From assembly GCA_035306605.1 (NCBI GenBank), contig DATGNR010000033.1: 64,000 nt of DNA; one strand, given 5' to 3'. Origin of the DNA: Xanthomarina sp. (GTDB lineage: Bacteria > Bacteroidota > Bacteroidia > Flavobacteriales > Flavobacteriaceae). This document shows, one piece after another, positions 11,306 through 21,688 of the stretch. The position numbers and the translations under genes were made by a program. Numbering within the stretch: the first letter of the stretch is position 1; every line of letters begins with the position of its first letter. Under the pieces are notes generated by a model, which ran no database searches, was not told the origin of the DNA, and saw only the letters and a program-made list of their open reading frames with translations.

Positions 11306-12432
11306 TGGACATCCAAGAGTATTTTTCTTTAGTTTTCAGCGACTATACCCTGCGTACTATTACCTTAGGCACAGCCATTCTTGGGGCTGTAACGGGTATG
11401 CTTGGAAGTTTTGCTGTACTACGAAAACAGAGTTTGCTAGGAGACGCTATTTCTCATGCCGCACTACCCGGAATTGCAATAACCTTTTTAATTACCGGAG
11501 CTAAGGATACCAACACCTTACTTATTGGAGCTTTGGTAAGTGGCCTAATAGGAACCTTTTGGATTAGAGGGATTATAAAAAAAACCCATTTAAAATCTGA
11601 TACCGCCTTAGGTTTAATTCTTTCTTTATTTTTTGGATTTGGAATGCTGTTACTAACCTTCATTCAAAAACAACCCAACGCAAACCAAGCCGGCTTAGAC
11701 AAGTATTTGTTTGGGCAAGCTGCAACTTTAGTGGAAAGCGATGTGTGGCTTATGGCTATTATTACCGGACTATGCTTACTAGTTTTACTGCTTTTTTGGA
11801 AAGAATTCAAACTCTTTCTTTTTGATTCAGATTATACAAAAACCCTTGGTTTTAACACCAATTTTATAGATGTCCTAATTACAAGTTTTATTGTTCTAGC
11901 TATCGTTTTAGGCTTACAAACAGTTGGAGTCGTTTTAATGAGCGCTATGCTTTTAGCCCCTGCTGCGGCTGCAAGACAATGGACAAACAGCTTATCAAAA
12001 ATGGTGCTTTTGGCAGCTATTATTGGTGCATTTTCAGGAGTATTTGGAACAGCCATCAGTGCCAGCCAAAACAACTTACCTACAGGTCCCGTAATTGTAA
12101 TTGTAGCTTCTGTGTTTGTGGTTTTTTCATTTATATTTTCGCCAAGTCGAGGTTTGCTATTTCGTCAAATTAGATTTATTGCTAACAGACGTGATTTACA
12201 GTTACAAAAAACCTTAGCCTTCATGTATCATATTGCCGAAACTCATGATAATATTTCGCATCCACATACCATTAAAATCTTAAATAATTTTCAAGGTTAT
12301 ACACGCAAAACCCTTCAAAAATTAGTTGATAAAAACTATGTTACTTTAGATGGAACCATGTGGAGTTTAACCGAAAAAGGGTTTGAAACGGCTGCTAATT
12401 TATATAACCAACAAGCTATAAAAGATGAGTAA
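11305..12432 (+). CDS. Mn/Zn ABC transporter permease (TroC-like)
   Basis: GDAISHAALPG ABC-3 motif; multiple TM helices. Confidence 0.93.
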   Translation: MDIQEYFSLVFSDYTLRTITLGTAILGAVTGMLGSFAVLRKQSLLGDAISHAALPGIAITFLITGAKDTNTLLIGALVSGLIGTFWIRGIIKKTHLKSDTALGLILSLFFGFGMLLLTFIQKQPNANQAGLDKYLFGQAATLVESDVWLMAIITGLCLLVLLLFWKEFKLFLFDSDYTKTLGFNTNFIDVLITSFIVLAIVLGLQTVGVVLMSAMLLAPAAAARQWTNSLSKMVLLAAIIGAFSGVFGTAISASQNNLPTGPVIVIVASVFVVFSFIFSPSRGLLFRQIRFIANRRDLQLQKTLAFMYHIAETHDNISHPHTIKILNNFQGYTRKTLQKLVDKNYVTLDGTMWSLTEKGFETAANLYNQQAIKDE

Positions 12433-13585
12433 CGCACAATTAGAAATACAGATAATTGCTAGCTTGGTAGCTATAGCCTGTGCTATTCCTGGAACCTTTT
12501 TGGTATTAAGAAAAATGGCTATGATTAGCGATGCTATTAGCCATTCTATATTACCTGGGCTCGTGATTGGTTTTTTTATTACCCAAGACCTCAACTCTCC
12601 ATTATTAATTTTACTTGCCACATTAACCGGGGTAATAACAGTTATTTTGGTAGAGCGCATTCAAAAAACAGGGTTAGTAAAAGAAGACACAGCTATTGGA
12701 TTGGTATTTCCAGCACTTTTTAGTATTGGGGTGATATTAATTTCAAAAAACGCCAACGATATCCATTTAGATGTCGACGCTGTTCTGTTAGGCGAATTGG
12801 CTTTTGCGCCCTTTGATAGAATTTTTATAGGAGATGTAGATTTTGGACCAAAATCCTTATGGATTATTGGAATTATTTTATCCATTACTATAGGTTTATT
12901 GTTAGCCTTTTTTAAAGAATTAAAAATAAGCACCTTCGATGTTGGTTTAGCTGCATCATTAGGGTTTTCGCCAACTATAATCCACTACGGGTTAATGACA
13001 GTAGCTTCCGTAACCACTGTTGGCGCCTTCGATGCTGTAGGAGCCATCCTTGTTGTAGCCTTAATGATTGCTCCCGCCGCTAGTGCTTATTTACTTACCA
13101 CAGACTTAAAGTACATGCTTGGGTTAGCCATTACATTTGGTGTGTTTGGTGCTATTTCAGGTTATTGGTTAGCCCATTGGTTAGACGCTTCAATTGCTGG
13201 TTCGATAACCACCATGTTAGGACTGTTGTTTTTATGTGTTTATTTATTTGCTCCTAGCAAAGGCCTTATTGCTGTCATGTATCGCGAAAAGCAACAACGA
13301 ACAGAAGTTTCTTTATTGACTTTTTTACTTCATTTAAAAAATCATTCTGAAGTACGAGAGCGCCATGTAAATCATTTACAAGAACATATTAATTGGCAAC
13401 GGGTAAGAGCCAAAACCGTATTAGAACTCGCATTAAAAAATAATATGATAATAATTGATGATAAGGTGGTATCCTTAACCCAAAAGGGGGACGAGTTTAC
13501 ATCCAAGGCCATCAATTATATTATTACTAATGAAGATGCACAAATAGAAGATATGAAAGATGACTTCTTCTTGTTTAGAGGGTAA
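12425..13585 (+). CDS. Mn/Zn ABC transporter permease (TroD-like)
   Basis: SDAISHSILPG, DAVLLGE; multiple TM helices. Confidence 0.93.
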   Translation: MSNAQLEIQIIASLVAIACAIPGTFLVLRKMAMISDAISHSILPGLVIGFFITQDLNSPLLILLATLTGVITVILVERIQKTGLVKEDTAIGLVFPALFSIGVILISKNANDIHLDVDAVLLGELAFAPFDRIFIGDVDFGPKSLWIIGIILSITIGLLLAFFKELKISTFDVGLAASLGFSPTIIHYGLMTVASVTTVGAFDAVGAILVVALMIAPAASAYLLTTDLKYMLGLAITFGVFGAISGYWLAHWLDASIAGSITTMLGLLFLCVYLFAPSKGLIAVMYREKQQRTEVSLLTFLLHLKNHSEVRERHVNHLQEHINWQRVRAKTVLELALKNNMIIIDDKVVSLTQKGDEFTSKAINYIITNEDAQIEDMKDDFFLFRG

Positions 13586-13631
13586 AACATCACCCTTTAT
13601 TAATCTATTCTTTCTAAGAATTCAAAATAAC

Positions 13632-14054
13632 TCATTGCTTCTTTAACTCTCTCCCAACTAGCCAAGATATATCAGACTTAATAATCTTTATAGAGGTAGG
13701 AATGTCACGATTGGATTTATCACGAGGTGATTTTGAATTAAACCGTGCTTGCGTATTATTCAAATTTAATGTGAATTTTGAATCGAAATCGCTTTTATGA
13801 GCTATAAAGTGAATATTTTTTTTATTCATCTCCCACTTTCCTTTTCCGTAAGCATTTGATTCAGGAGGGTTTGTGCCATCCAGCTTTCTCATGGTGTGAA
13901 TGTTGAAGCTCCCATCTGGATTTAATATTATTGTTTCGCTAAAACTTCCATTAGAACCCTCAAAATTGAATTGATAGGTTCCATTAATAACTTTTGTTTG
14001 CGAAAAGACAGCCGTTTGAAGCATGATTAAACCAAAGAAAAGCATCTGTTTCAT
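13632..14054 (-). CDS. Hypothetical exported protein
   Basis: 140-aa ORF with signal peptide. Confidence 0.7.
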   Translation of the reverse strand: MKQMLFFGLIMLQTAVFSQTKVINGTYQFNFEGSNGSFSETIILNPDGSFNIHTMRKLDGTNPPESNAYGKGKWEMNKKNIHFIAHKSDFDSKFTLNLNNTQARFNSKSPRDKSNRDIPTSIKIIKSDISWLVGRELKKQ

Positions 14055-14112
14055 AAGGAATTGATTTTGTTTAGATTCATATCAAAAAATATTCCATAGC
14101 AACATGCTTTTA

Positions 14113-14850
14113 CTAGAATCCTCGTTCTTTCTGTAAGTGCTCGTAAGCTTCTTGAACCTGACGAAATTTTTCCTCAGCCCCTTTTTGATGTTCTTCACCT
14201 AAATGAATAACTTTATCTGGATGGTACTTTTTTGCCATCTTTCTATAAGCTGCTTTAATTTCAGCAACGGTAGCATCTTTAGTTATTTCAAGAATTTTAT
14301 AAGAATTATCGCTACTACTATAAAACATTGCTTTAATACTTTCAAAATCTTGATGGCTGATTCCTAAATAATTTGCAATGGTTTCAATGGTCTTAACTTC
14401 TTGTTCAACTACCACCCCATCGGCTTTCGCTATACCAAATAAAAAATGAAGGAGTTGTAAACGTGATGGATGATCCATCATTTGACGAATTTGTAAGCAA
14501 ACCTGACGAATCGGAATCTCTTGTTTATTAAGTTCTTTAAACAATTTAAAGGCATGATTTGCTCGGTCCTTTCCATACATACCAACAAATTGTTGGCGTA
14601 CAAAATCCAATTCTCGCTGATCCTGTTTTCCATCCGCCTTTATTACTATAGACGCTAGAATTAACAGGCTAACTTCAAAATCGCCAGGTTGGGTTTGATT
14701 GGTTCTTTGGTAAGTTTGTTGCGTATCTACTTTTATAGTTCCTTTGGAAAAGCCATCCACAACGCTTCCTAAAACCATACCTAAAATAGCGCCAATTGGT
14801 CCTCCTAAAGACCATCCTATTGCCGCACCAATCCATTTTGAAAAATTCAT
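14113..14850 (-). CDS. DjlA-like co-chaperone (TerB domain + DnaJ domain)
   Basis: Gly-rich N-terminal TM, two KADG motifs, C-terminal J-domain with YHPD. Confidence 0.9.
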   Translation of the reverse strand: MNFSKWIGAAIGWSLGGPIGAILGMVLGSVVDGFSKGTIKVDTQQTYQRTNQTQPGDFEVSLLILASIVIKADGKQDQRELDFVRQQFVGMYGKDRANHAFKLFKELNKQEIPIRQVCLQIRQMMDHPSRLQLLHFLFGIAKADGVVVEQEVKTIETIANYLGISHQDFESIKAMFYSSSDNSYKILEITKDATVAEIKAAYRKMAKKYHPDKVIHLGEEHQKGAEEKFRQVQEAYEHLQKERGF

Positions 14851-15137
14851 GTATTCCTTTTTATTTTTACTGATTCAAATCTTGATTTGATTCGCAGGTT
14901 TCAGAAAAAACAATAAATTCTAAAACAGCTTCACAAAATACAAATTACTCGATTTTAAATTTTGGGTAAATATACTATTGTTAGTTGTTTTTTCAGAAGA
15001 AATATCCCTTAAAGACCATAAAGTTAATGTTCTGTTTAAATTTAGAGTGACGTTAAAAGTGTGCTAACAACCACATTCATCTGAATACTTTTTCCGTATC
15101 TTTACGGTTTAAAATAATAATCTTAAAATTAAAAGAT

Positions 15138-15548
15138 ATGTATCCAGCAGAATTAGTAAAACCAATGCGCGAAGATTTAACAAAAGTTGGGTTTGAAGAA
15201 TTACATACTGCCGAAGCTGTTGAAAATGCTTTAGCAAAAACAGGGACCACTTTAGTTGTAGTTAACTCCGTTTGTGGTTGTGCTGCAGCCAACGCTCGTC
15301 CAGGAGCTCGTATGAGTATCCAAAATGAAAAACACCCTGATCATTTAGTTACTGTTTTTGCAGGTGTAGACAAAGAAGCTGTTGATAAGGCTAGAGAGCA
15401 CATGATTCCGTTTCCTCCAAGCTCACCATGTATTGCTTTATTTAAGGATGGTGAATTGGTTCACATGTTAGAGCGTCATCATATTGAAGGTCGTCCAGCA
15501 GAAGTAATTGCTGAAAATTTAGTGGATGCTTTCAATACGCATTGTTAA
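15138..15548 (+). CDS. BrxA/BrxB (YphP/YqiW) family bacilliredoxin
   Basis: NSVCGCAA (CGC), VFAGVD, PPSSP, RHHIEG. Confidence 0.92.
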   Translation: MYPAELVKPMREDLTKVGFEELHTAEAVENALAKTGTTLVVVNSVCGCAAANARPGARMSIQNEKHPDHLVTVFAGVDKEAVDKAREHMIPFPPSSPCIALFKDGELVHMLERHHIEGRPAEVIAENLVDAFNTHC

Positions 15549-15586
15549 TATTTTCAAAGTAATTTCTCTATAAATATAAGAGATAT

Positions 15587-15615
15587 AAAACCACGGCCAT
15601 GTCGTGGTTTTTTTT
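15587..15615 (+). terminator. Intrinsic terminator
   Basis: AAAACCACGGC-cat-GTCGTGGTTTT followed by T-tract. Confidence 0.75.
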
Positions 15616-15651
15616 ATACTTTTACTCAAGATTTTATTAAAATAACACCCT

Positions 15652-16053
15652 ATGAAACTATCGTTTATAACCAGCTTAATAGTCTCGCAACTTGTATTTT
15701 TAAGTATTTCAAACTGTTCGAATGCTGACGACAAACAAAATACCTGTACCGAAAAGCAAGCACTTTTAAATGAAAAAAGAGCACGAATTAGGAGTTTTGC
15801 CGAAGCATCCATCTGTAATGAAACTTATGAATGTCGTTTTATTGCCTTCGGAAACAAGCCTTGTGGTGGTCCGTGGGAATATTTAGTTTACACTACTTCA
15901 ATAGATACTTTAGAGTTTGAAAACCTAGTTTCTAACTTCAATATTCTGGAAGCCAAATACAACCAAGAATGTGGTGCTATTTCAGACTGTATGATGGTCA
16001 TGCCTCCAAGCGGTTTAGAATGTGAAAACAATAAGTGCATTCCCATATATTAA
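15652..16053 (+). CDS. Hypothetical Cys-rich exported protein, probable lipoprotein
   Basis: Signal-like N-terminus ending at Cys; GxKPCGGP and SDC motifs. Confidence 0.75.
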   Translation: MKLSFITSLIVSQLVFLSISNCSNADDKQNTCTEKQALLNEKRARIRSFAEASICNETYECRFIAFGNKPCGGPWEYLVYTTSIDTLEFENLVSNFNILEAKYNQECGAISDCMMVMPPSGLECENNKCIPIY

Positions 16054-16089
16054 TGCTTATAAGCCTTTAAATTTTCTTAATTTTGTACC

Positions 16090-16827
16090 ATGCAGAAATT
16101 ATTAGCCTATATTTTAACATCTATTTACGCAGTAATATTTTTACTGACTTTAGTTATATTTCATCCCATTCAATGGTTTTGTTTTAATGTATTTGGATAC
16201 CAAGCCCATAAAAAAAGTGTGGATATCCTCCAGTTTTTTATTATGCGTTGCACCAATATTTTAGGAACTCGATACAGCTTTCATAATCCTCATAAAATTG
16301 CAACCGATCAACCACTTATTATTGTAGCAAATCATCAAAGTATGTACGATATTTCACCCATTATATGGTACATGCGAAAACACCACCCTAAATTTATCAG
16401 TAAAAAAGAGTTAGAAAAAGGGATTCCAAGTGTCTCTTACAACCTGCGTCATGGCGGCTCCGTTTTAATAGATAGAAAAAACCCAAGACAAGCCTTACCT
16501 GCTATCATGAAATTTGGCGAATATATAGAAACCACCAAGCGTGCTGCTGTTATTTTCCCTGAAGGCACACGAAGTAAAAATGGACAACCAAAACCTTTTC
16601 AAATAAAAGGTTTGGAAATGCTATTTAAAAAAATTCCATCGGCCACTATTGTTCCTATAAGCATCAATAATTCCTGGAAAATGTTAAAATATGGTAATTT
16701 TCCAATGGGGATTGGAAATCATATACAATTAACCGTTCACGAACCTCTAAAATTATCTAACTTTGAGGATAATCTAGAGCTAATTAAGCAAATTGAAACT
16801 ACAATCAGCTCAAGTATTAAACCTTAA
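16090..16827 (+). CDS. Lysophospholipid (PlsC-type) acyltransferase
   Basis: NHQSMYD and FPEGTRS motifs. Confidence 0.92.
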   Translation: MQKLLAYILTSIYAVIFLLTLVIFHPIQWFCFNVFGYQAHKKSVDILQFFIMRCTNILGTRYSFHNPHKIATDQPLIIVANHQSMYDISPIIWYMRKHHPKFISKKELEKGIPSVSYNLRHGGSVLIDRKNPRQALPAIMKFGEYIETTKRAAVIFPEGTRSKNGQPKPFQIKGLEMLFKKIPSATIVPISINNSWKMLKYGNFPMGIGNHIQLTVHEPLKLSNFEDNLELIKQIETTISSSIKP

Positions 16828-16838
16828 AACTCTACATT

Positions 16839-17822
16839 ATGTCATTGAAAAATATAAGATTGGAAGTAATGAACCATTTAGAAAAAGATGTAGATTCATT
16901 AATTGAAAAATATTTAATTCCTGCCGATAGCATTTGGCAACCAACAGATTTCCTTCCAAATTCTGAAGGTGAAAACTTTTTGGAAGAGGTTAAAGAAATT
17001 AGAGAGCTTTCCAAGGAACTTCCCTACGATTTCTGGGTAGTTTTAGTTGGAGACATGATTACTGAAGAAGCTTTACCAACTTATGAATCTTGGTTAATGG
17101 ACGTAGAAGGTGTCGATCAAGTGGGAAGAAACTCATGGGGAAAATGGGTAAGGCATTGGACTGCTGAAGAAAACCGTCACGGTGATGTATTAAACAAATA
17201 CCTCTACCTTTCGGGACGTGTTAATATGAAAGAAATTGAAAAAACCACACATCATCTAATTGCTGATGGATTTGATATAGGCACAGATCAAGATCCTTAT
17301 AAAAACTTTCTATATACTAGTTTTCAAGAGCTAGCCACTTATATTTCTCACAATCGTGTAGCAAAACTTGCTAAAGAGAAGGGAAATAAACAATTAAGCA
17401 AAATGTGTAAGATTATTTCTGGAGATGAAATGAGACACCATCATGCATACTGCGAATTTGTAGAACGAATTTTTGCTGTAGATCCAAACCAAATGATGAT
17501 GGCCTTTCAACACATGATGAAATTAAAAATTACTATGCCTGCCCATTTTTTAAGAGAATCTGGTGGTAAAATCGGATCGGCTTTCGAAGAATTTTCCAAC
17601 ACAGCACAGCGTATTGGCGTATATACATCTAACGATTATGTGGCTATTTTAGAAAAGCTTATTAAGCGTTGGGAAATTGATAAAATTACCAACCTATCTG
17701 ATGATGCTGAAAGAGCACGCGATTACCTAATGAAACTTCCTGCTCGTTTATCACGATTATCTGAACGTATGAAAATTCCAGAAAACTCCTATCAGTTTAA
17801 ATGGGTTGAACCTATCAGATAA
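16839..17822 (+). CDS. Soluble acyl-ACP desaturase (di-iron, ferritin-like)
   Basis: WQPTDFLP, ITEEALPTY, WTAEENRHG, DEMRH. Confidence 0.93.
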   Translation: MSLKNIRLEVMNHLEKDVDSLIEKYLIPADSIWQPTDFLPNSEGENFLEEVKEIRELSKELPYDFWVVLVGDMITEEALPTYESWLMDVEGVDQVGRNSWGKWVRHWTAEENRHGDVLNKYLYLSGRVNMKEIEKTTHHLIADGFDIGTDQDPYKNFLYTSFQELATYISHNRVAKLAKEKGNKQLSKMCKIISGDEMRHHHAYCEFVERIFAVDPNQMMMAFQHMMKLKITMPAHFLRESGGKIGSAFEEFSNTAQRIGVYTSNDYVAILEKLIKRWEIDKITNLSDDAERARDYLMKLPARLSRLSERMKIPENSYQFKWVEPIR

Positions 17823-17829
17823 ATTCTAA

Positions 17830-18483
17830 ATGACACAGGAAAAACAGATTGAAAAAACTCAGTTTTTTGTAAAAGAAACACTTAAAAATGCTGAGGGTGG
17901 ACACGATTGGTTTCACATTCTAAGGGTATTTAATAATGCCAAGCTCATTTCTAAAAATGAAGAAGTAGATGAATTTGTTGTTTCCCTTGGGTCCTTACTA
18001 CATGATATTGCAGATAGTAAATTCACTGAAGGAGACGAAACCGTTGGTCCTAGAATAGCACGAGAATTTTTAGAAAGCATTCAAGTTGATGAAACCGTTA
18101 TCCATCATGTAATTCTAATAATTGAAAACATCTCGTTTAAAGGAGGTAACGAGGCTCAAAAGTTTAAATCGCCCGAACTAGATGTCATTCAAGACGCAGA
18201 TAGATTAGATGCTCTTGGCGCTATTGGTATAGCTAGAACCTTTAATTACGGAGGCTTTAAAAACAGAGCACTTTACAATCCAGAAATTAAGCCCCAGCTT
18301 CAAATGAGCAAAGAGGAGTATAAAACCTCAACAGCTCCTACCCTGAATCATTTCTACGAAAAACTGCTCTTGTTAAAAGATCGGATGAACACTAAAACAG
18401 GCAAACAAATTGCCGAAAAGCGACATGAGTTCATGGTTCAATATCTGGATCAATTTTATGCCGAATGGGAAGGTTTAAAATAA
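17830..18483 (+). CDS. HD-domain phosphohydrolase
   Basis: HDWFH, LLHD, QDADRLDALG, HFYEKLL. Confidence 0.9.
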   Translation: MTQEKQIEKTQFFVKETLKNAEGGHDWFHILRVFNNAKLISKNEEVDEFVVSLGSLLHDIADSKFTEGDETVGPRIAREFLESIQVDETVIHHVILIIENISFKGGNEAQKFKSPELDVIQDADRLDALGAIGIARTFNYGGFKNRALYNPEIKPQLQMSKEEYKTSTAPTLNHFYEKLLLLKDRMNTKTGKQIAEKRHEFMVQYLDQFYAEWEGLK

Positions 18484-18635
18484 ACGAATCTTCCTTATTG
18501 AAACTATTAGTCACTACTAACTTTTAAGTTCAAGAGGTTATTGCTTAGAAATTATAACACCATTTTAACACCCATCAACCAGGCAAACCATAGATATTTT
18601 CAATATTTTTGGGCTTTATCACTAAACTTGAGAAT

Positions 18636-20792
18636 ATGAAAAAATTTATTTTATCGTTAACCATTCTTTCAATGACATTTTTGTCGCCATTATTGGCAAA
18701 TGAAGGTATGTGGTTTTTAATGCATATAGAGCGTTTGAATTATCGCGATATGCAAAAAATGGGACTTCAATTAACTCCCGAAGAAATTTACAGCATCAAC
18801 AACCAAAGCTTAAAAGATGCCATAGTACAATTTAATGGAGGCTGTACTGCAAGTATTATTTCAGATAATGGTTTAGTGCTTACTAACCACCACTGTGGGT
18901 ACTCTGCTATTGCAGAACTTTCTACAGCAGAACAAAACCATTTAAAAAATGGATATTGGGCTGGTTCTTTAGCTGAAGAATTAAAACCAGAAAGCTTATA
19001 CGTTCGCTTTTTTGTAAGAATGGACGATGTTTCAAAACGTATCTTATCTCAAGTAAATGATAGCATGAGTGAAAAAGAACGTGAAGCCGCTATTAACAAA
19101 GAAGTTGCAAAAATAGAACAAGAAAACAACGAAGGTGGAAAATACACTGTTTCAGTACGTTCTTTCTACCAAGGAAACGAGTTTTACTATTTTGTATATG
19201 AAGATTATAAAGATGTTCGTTTAGTAGGAACTCCTCCTGAAAGTGTTGGGAAATATGGTGGAGACACAGATAACTGGGAGTGGCCAAGACACACAGGCGA
19301 TTTCTCATTATTTAGAGTTTATACAGATGCAGAAGGAAATGCAGCTGATTACGCGACTACAAACGTACCAATGAAAGCTAAATACCATCTACCTGTAAGT
19401 ATTGATGGTGTTAAAGAAGACGATTTTGCTATGATTTTAGGATATCCTGGAAGAACCAATCGTTGGATGCCAGCTCAAGGTGTAGAGCAAAACGTAAAAT
19501 ATGCATATCCTGCATGGGTTGAAGGCTCTAAATTAAGCATGGATGTAATGAAAAAATACATGAATAAAGACGAAGCTGTAAATTTAATGTACGCTTCATC
19601 TTATGCTAGTATCGCTAACTATTGGAAAAATAGAGGTGGTATGATTGATGCTTTAACTGAACATAATACCGTTAAAACAAAAGCTAAAATTGAAAAGAAA
19701 TTTAACAAATGGGCCAATAAAAAGGCTAACAAAGCTAAATACGGTCAAGTTATTTCTGATATCAACAAATACTACACACTTACCAACGAGAAAGCAAAAC
19801 ACGATAACTACTTAGTTGGCATGTTACGTTCTAGTACTTTTGCTGCTTTACCATACAGATTAGGTAGCGCATTCGAGCAATACGCAGATGCTAACGAAGC
19901 TAAACGCGAAGAAATACTTCCAAGATTACAAGGTTTCGCAGAGAACTCTTACAAAGACATTTACCTACCTTTAGAGAAAGAAGTATTGGCTAAACAACTA
20001 GGTTTATATGCTTCAAAATCTAATTATCCGCTACCAGAATTAATTACTGAAGTTGGAAGTAAAAACAATAACGATTTTACAGCATACGTAAACTCTCTTT
20101 TCGAATCGAGTATATTTTCTTCAAAAGAAAAAGTAGAAGCTTTCTTAAAGTCTCCAGATAAAGCTCTAATCGAAAATGATGAACTTTACAAGTTATCGTC
20201 TACTTTACTTACAAAATACCGTGAAAAACCAGAGCATTTGGTTCAACCAGAAAACGATTACCAAAAATCATTTAGATTATTGGTTGAAGGATTACGTGAG
20301 TCTGGATTAAGTAGTATTCAGTATCCGGATGCAAACTCTACTTTGCGTTTATCATATGGAAAAGTAAGAGCTCTTCCTGAAAATAAAGACAAACCAAACG
20401 ATGCTGCAGAAAACAACTACACAACCTTAAAAGGAATGGTAGCTAAGTACAAGGCTAATGACCCGGAGTTCGATTTACCTCAAGACATGTTAGACATCTA
20501 CGCTAAGAAAGATTACGGACGTTATGCTAACGAAAAAGGCGAACTTCCTGTTAACTTCCTATCCGATAACGACATTACTGGTGGAAACTCTGGTTCTCCT
20601 GTAATTAATGGAAAAGGTGAATTAATTGGCTTAGCTTTCGATGGTAATATTGAAGCTATGGCTGGTGATGTTATTTTTGATTCGAACTTACAACGTACCA
20701 TTAGCGTAGATATTAGATACGTACTATGGTTGATAGACAAGTATTCTAATGCACAATCTATCATTGATGAGTTAACTATTATAGAAAAATAA
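18636..20792 (+). CDS. S46 dipeptidyl peptidase (DPP7-like)
   Basis: EGMW, TNHHC, DNWEWPRHTGDF, TGGNSGSP. FDGN carries Gly at the S1 position, as in DPP7 (DPP11 has Arg). ATG at 18636 gives a signal peptide. Confidence 0.92.
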   Translation: MKKFILSLTILSMTFLSPLLANEGMWFLMHIERLNYRDMQKMGLQLTPEEIYSINNQSLKDAIVQFNGGCTASIISDNGLVLTNHHCGYSAIAELSTAEQNHLKNGYWAGSLAEELKPESLYVRFFVRMDDVSKRILSQVNDSMSEKEREAAINKEVAKIEQENNEGGKYTVSVRSFYQGNEFYYFVYEDYKDVRLVGTPPESVGKYGGDTDNWEWPRHTGDFSLFRVYTDAEGNAADYATTNVPMKAKYHLPVSIDGVKEDDFAMILGYPGRTNRWMPAQGVEQNVKYAYPAWVEGSKLSMDVMKKYMNKDEAVNLMYASSYASIANYWKNRGGMIDALTEHNTVKTKAKIEKKFNKWANKKANKAKYGQVISDINKYYTLTNEKAKHDNYLVGMLRSSTFAALPYRLGSAFEQYADANEAKREEILPRLQGFAENSYKDIYLPLEKEVLAKQLGLYASKSNYPLPELITEVGSKNNNDFTAYVNSLFESSIFSSKEKVEAFLKSPDKALIENDELYKLSSTLLTKYREKPEHLVQPENDYQKSFRLLVEGLRESGLSSIQYPDANSTLRLSYGKVRALPENKDKPNDAAENNYTTLKGMVAKYKANDPEFDLPQDMLDIYAKKDYGRYANEKGELPVNFLSDNDITGGNSGSPVINGKGELIGLAFDGNIEAMAGDVIFDSNLQRTISVDIRYVLWLIDKYSNAQSIIDELTIIEK

Positions 20793-20808
20793 TTTTATCT
20801 ATATATTC

Positions 20809-20853
20809 AAACAAAAAAAGCGATCTCAAAATTTGAGATCGCTTTTTTTGTTT
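20809..20853. terminator. Bidirectional intrinsic terminator
   Basis: ACAAAAAAAGCGATCTCAAA / TTTGAGATCGCTTTTTTTGT perfect inverted repeat between convergent genes. Confidence 0.85.
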
Positions 20854-20875
20854 TTTAAGTATTTTAAAACAGAGG

Positions 20876-21658
20876 TTATTTTCCAGGGAAATCTGCTTTA
20901 CGCTTTTCTAAGAAAGCCGTAGTACCTTCAGTAAAATCTTCGGTACCGAAACAGTTTCCAAATTCTTCAATTTCTACTTCATATCCATTTACACCATCTT
21001 TAAAATTGGCGTTAACAGCTTTAATTGCACCTTTAATAGCCACAGATGAATTTCTCATAATCTTAGTAGCTATTTTTTCTGCAAGTGGTAATAATTCCTC
21101 TTGAGATGTAACATGATTCACTAAACCATAAGCTAAAGCTTGATTTGCGTCAATCATTCCTGCTGTCATAACCATTTCCATAGCACGACCTTTTCCAACC
21201 AATTGTGGTAAACGTTGCGTTCCACCATACCCTGGAATAACTCCTAGAGAGGTTTCCGGAAGTCCCATTTTGGCATTATCGCTAGCCAATCTAAAATGAC
21301 AAGCCATAGCCAATTCTAATCCCCCACCAAGTGCAAAACCATTAACAGCAGCAATAACCGGCGTCGATAAATTTTCAACAAAATCGAATAATAACTCTTG
21401 ACCTTTAGCTGCCAATTTTCCTCCATTAGAAACGTCGAAATGGGCAAACTCGCTTATATCTGCTCCAGCAACAAATGCTTTTTCACCACTACCAGTAATA
21501 ATAATTACTTTAGTATTAGCATCTTTGTCTGCTGCAGATAAAGCATCGTGCAATTCTTGAATAGTTGCTTTGTTTAACGCATTCAATTTACTTAGTCTGT
21601 TAATAGTAAGGGTTGAAATTCCATCTTGGAAATCGACTAAAATATTTTCAAAACTCAT
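20876..21658 (-). CDS. Enoyl-CoA hydratase/isomerase family protein
   Basis: AFVAGADI, GFALGGGLELA, PGYGGTQRL. Confidence 0.93.
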   Translation of the reverse strand: MSFENILVDFQDGISTLTINRLSKLNALNKATIQELHDALSAADKDANTKVIIITGSGEKAFVAGADISEFAHFDVSNGGKLAAKGQELLFDFVENLSTPVIAAVNGFALGGGLELAMACHFRLASDNAKMGLPETSLGVIPGYGGTQRLPQLVGKGRAMEMVMTAGMIDANQALAYGLVNHVTSQEELLPLAEKIATKIMRNSSVAIKGAIKAVNANFKDGVNGYEVEIEEFGNCFGTEDFTEGTTAFLEKRKADFPGK

Positions 21659-21688
21659 GGTATATTTTTTTATGTTAATTACTTGATA

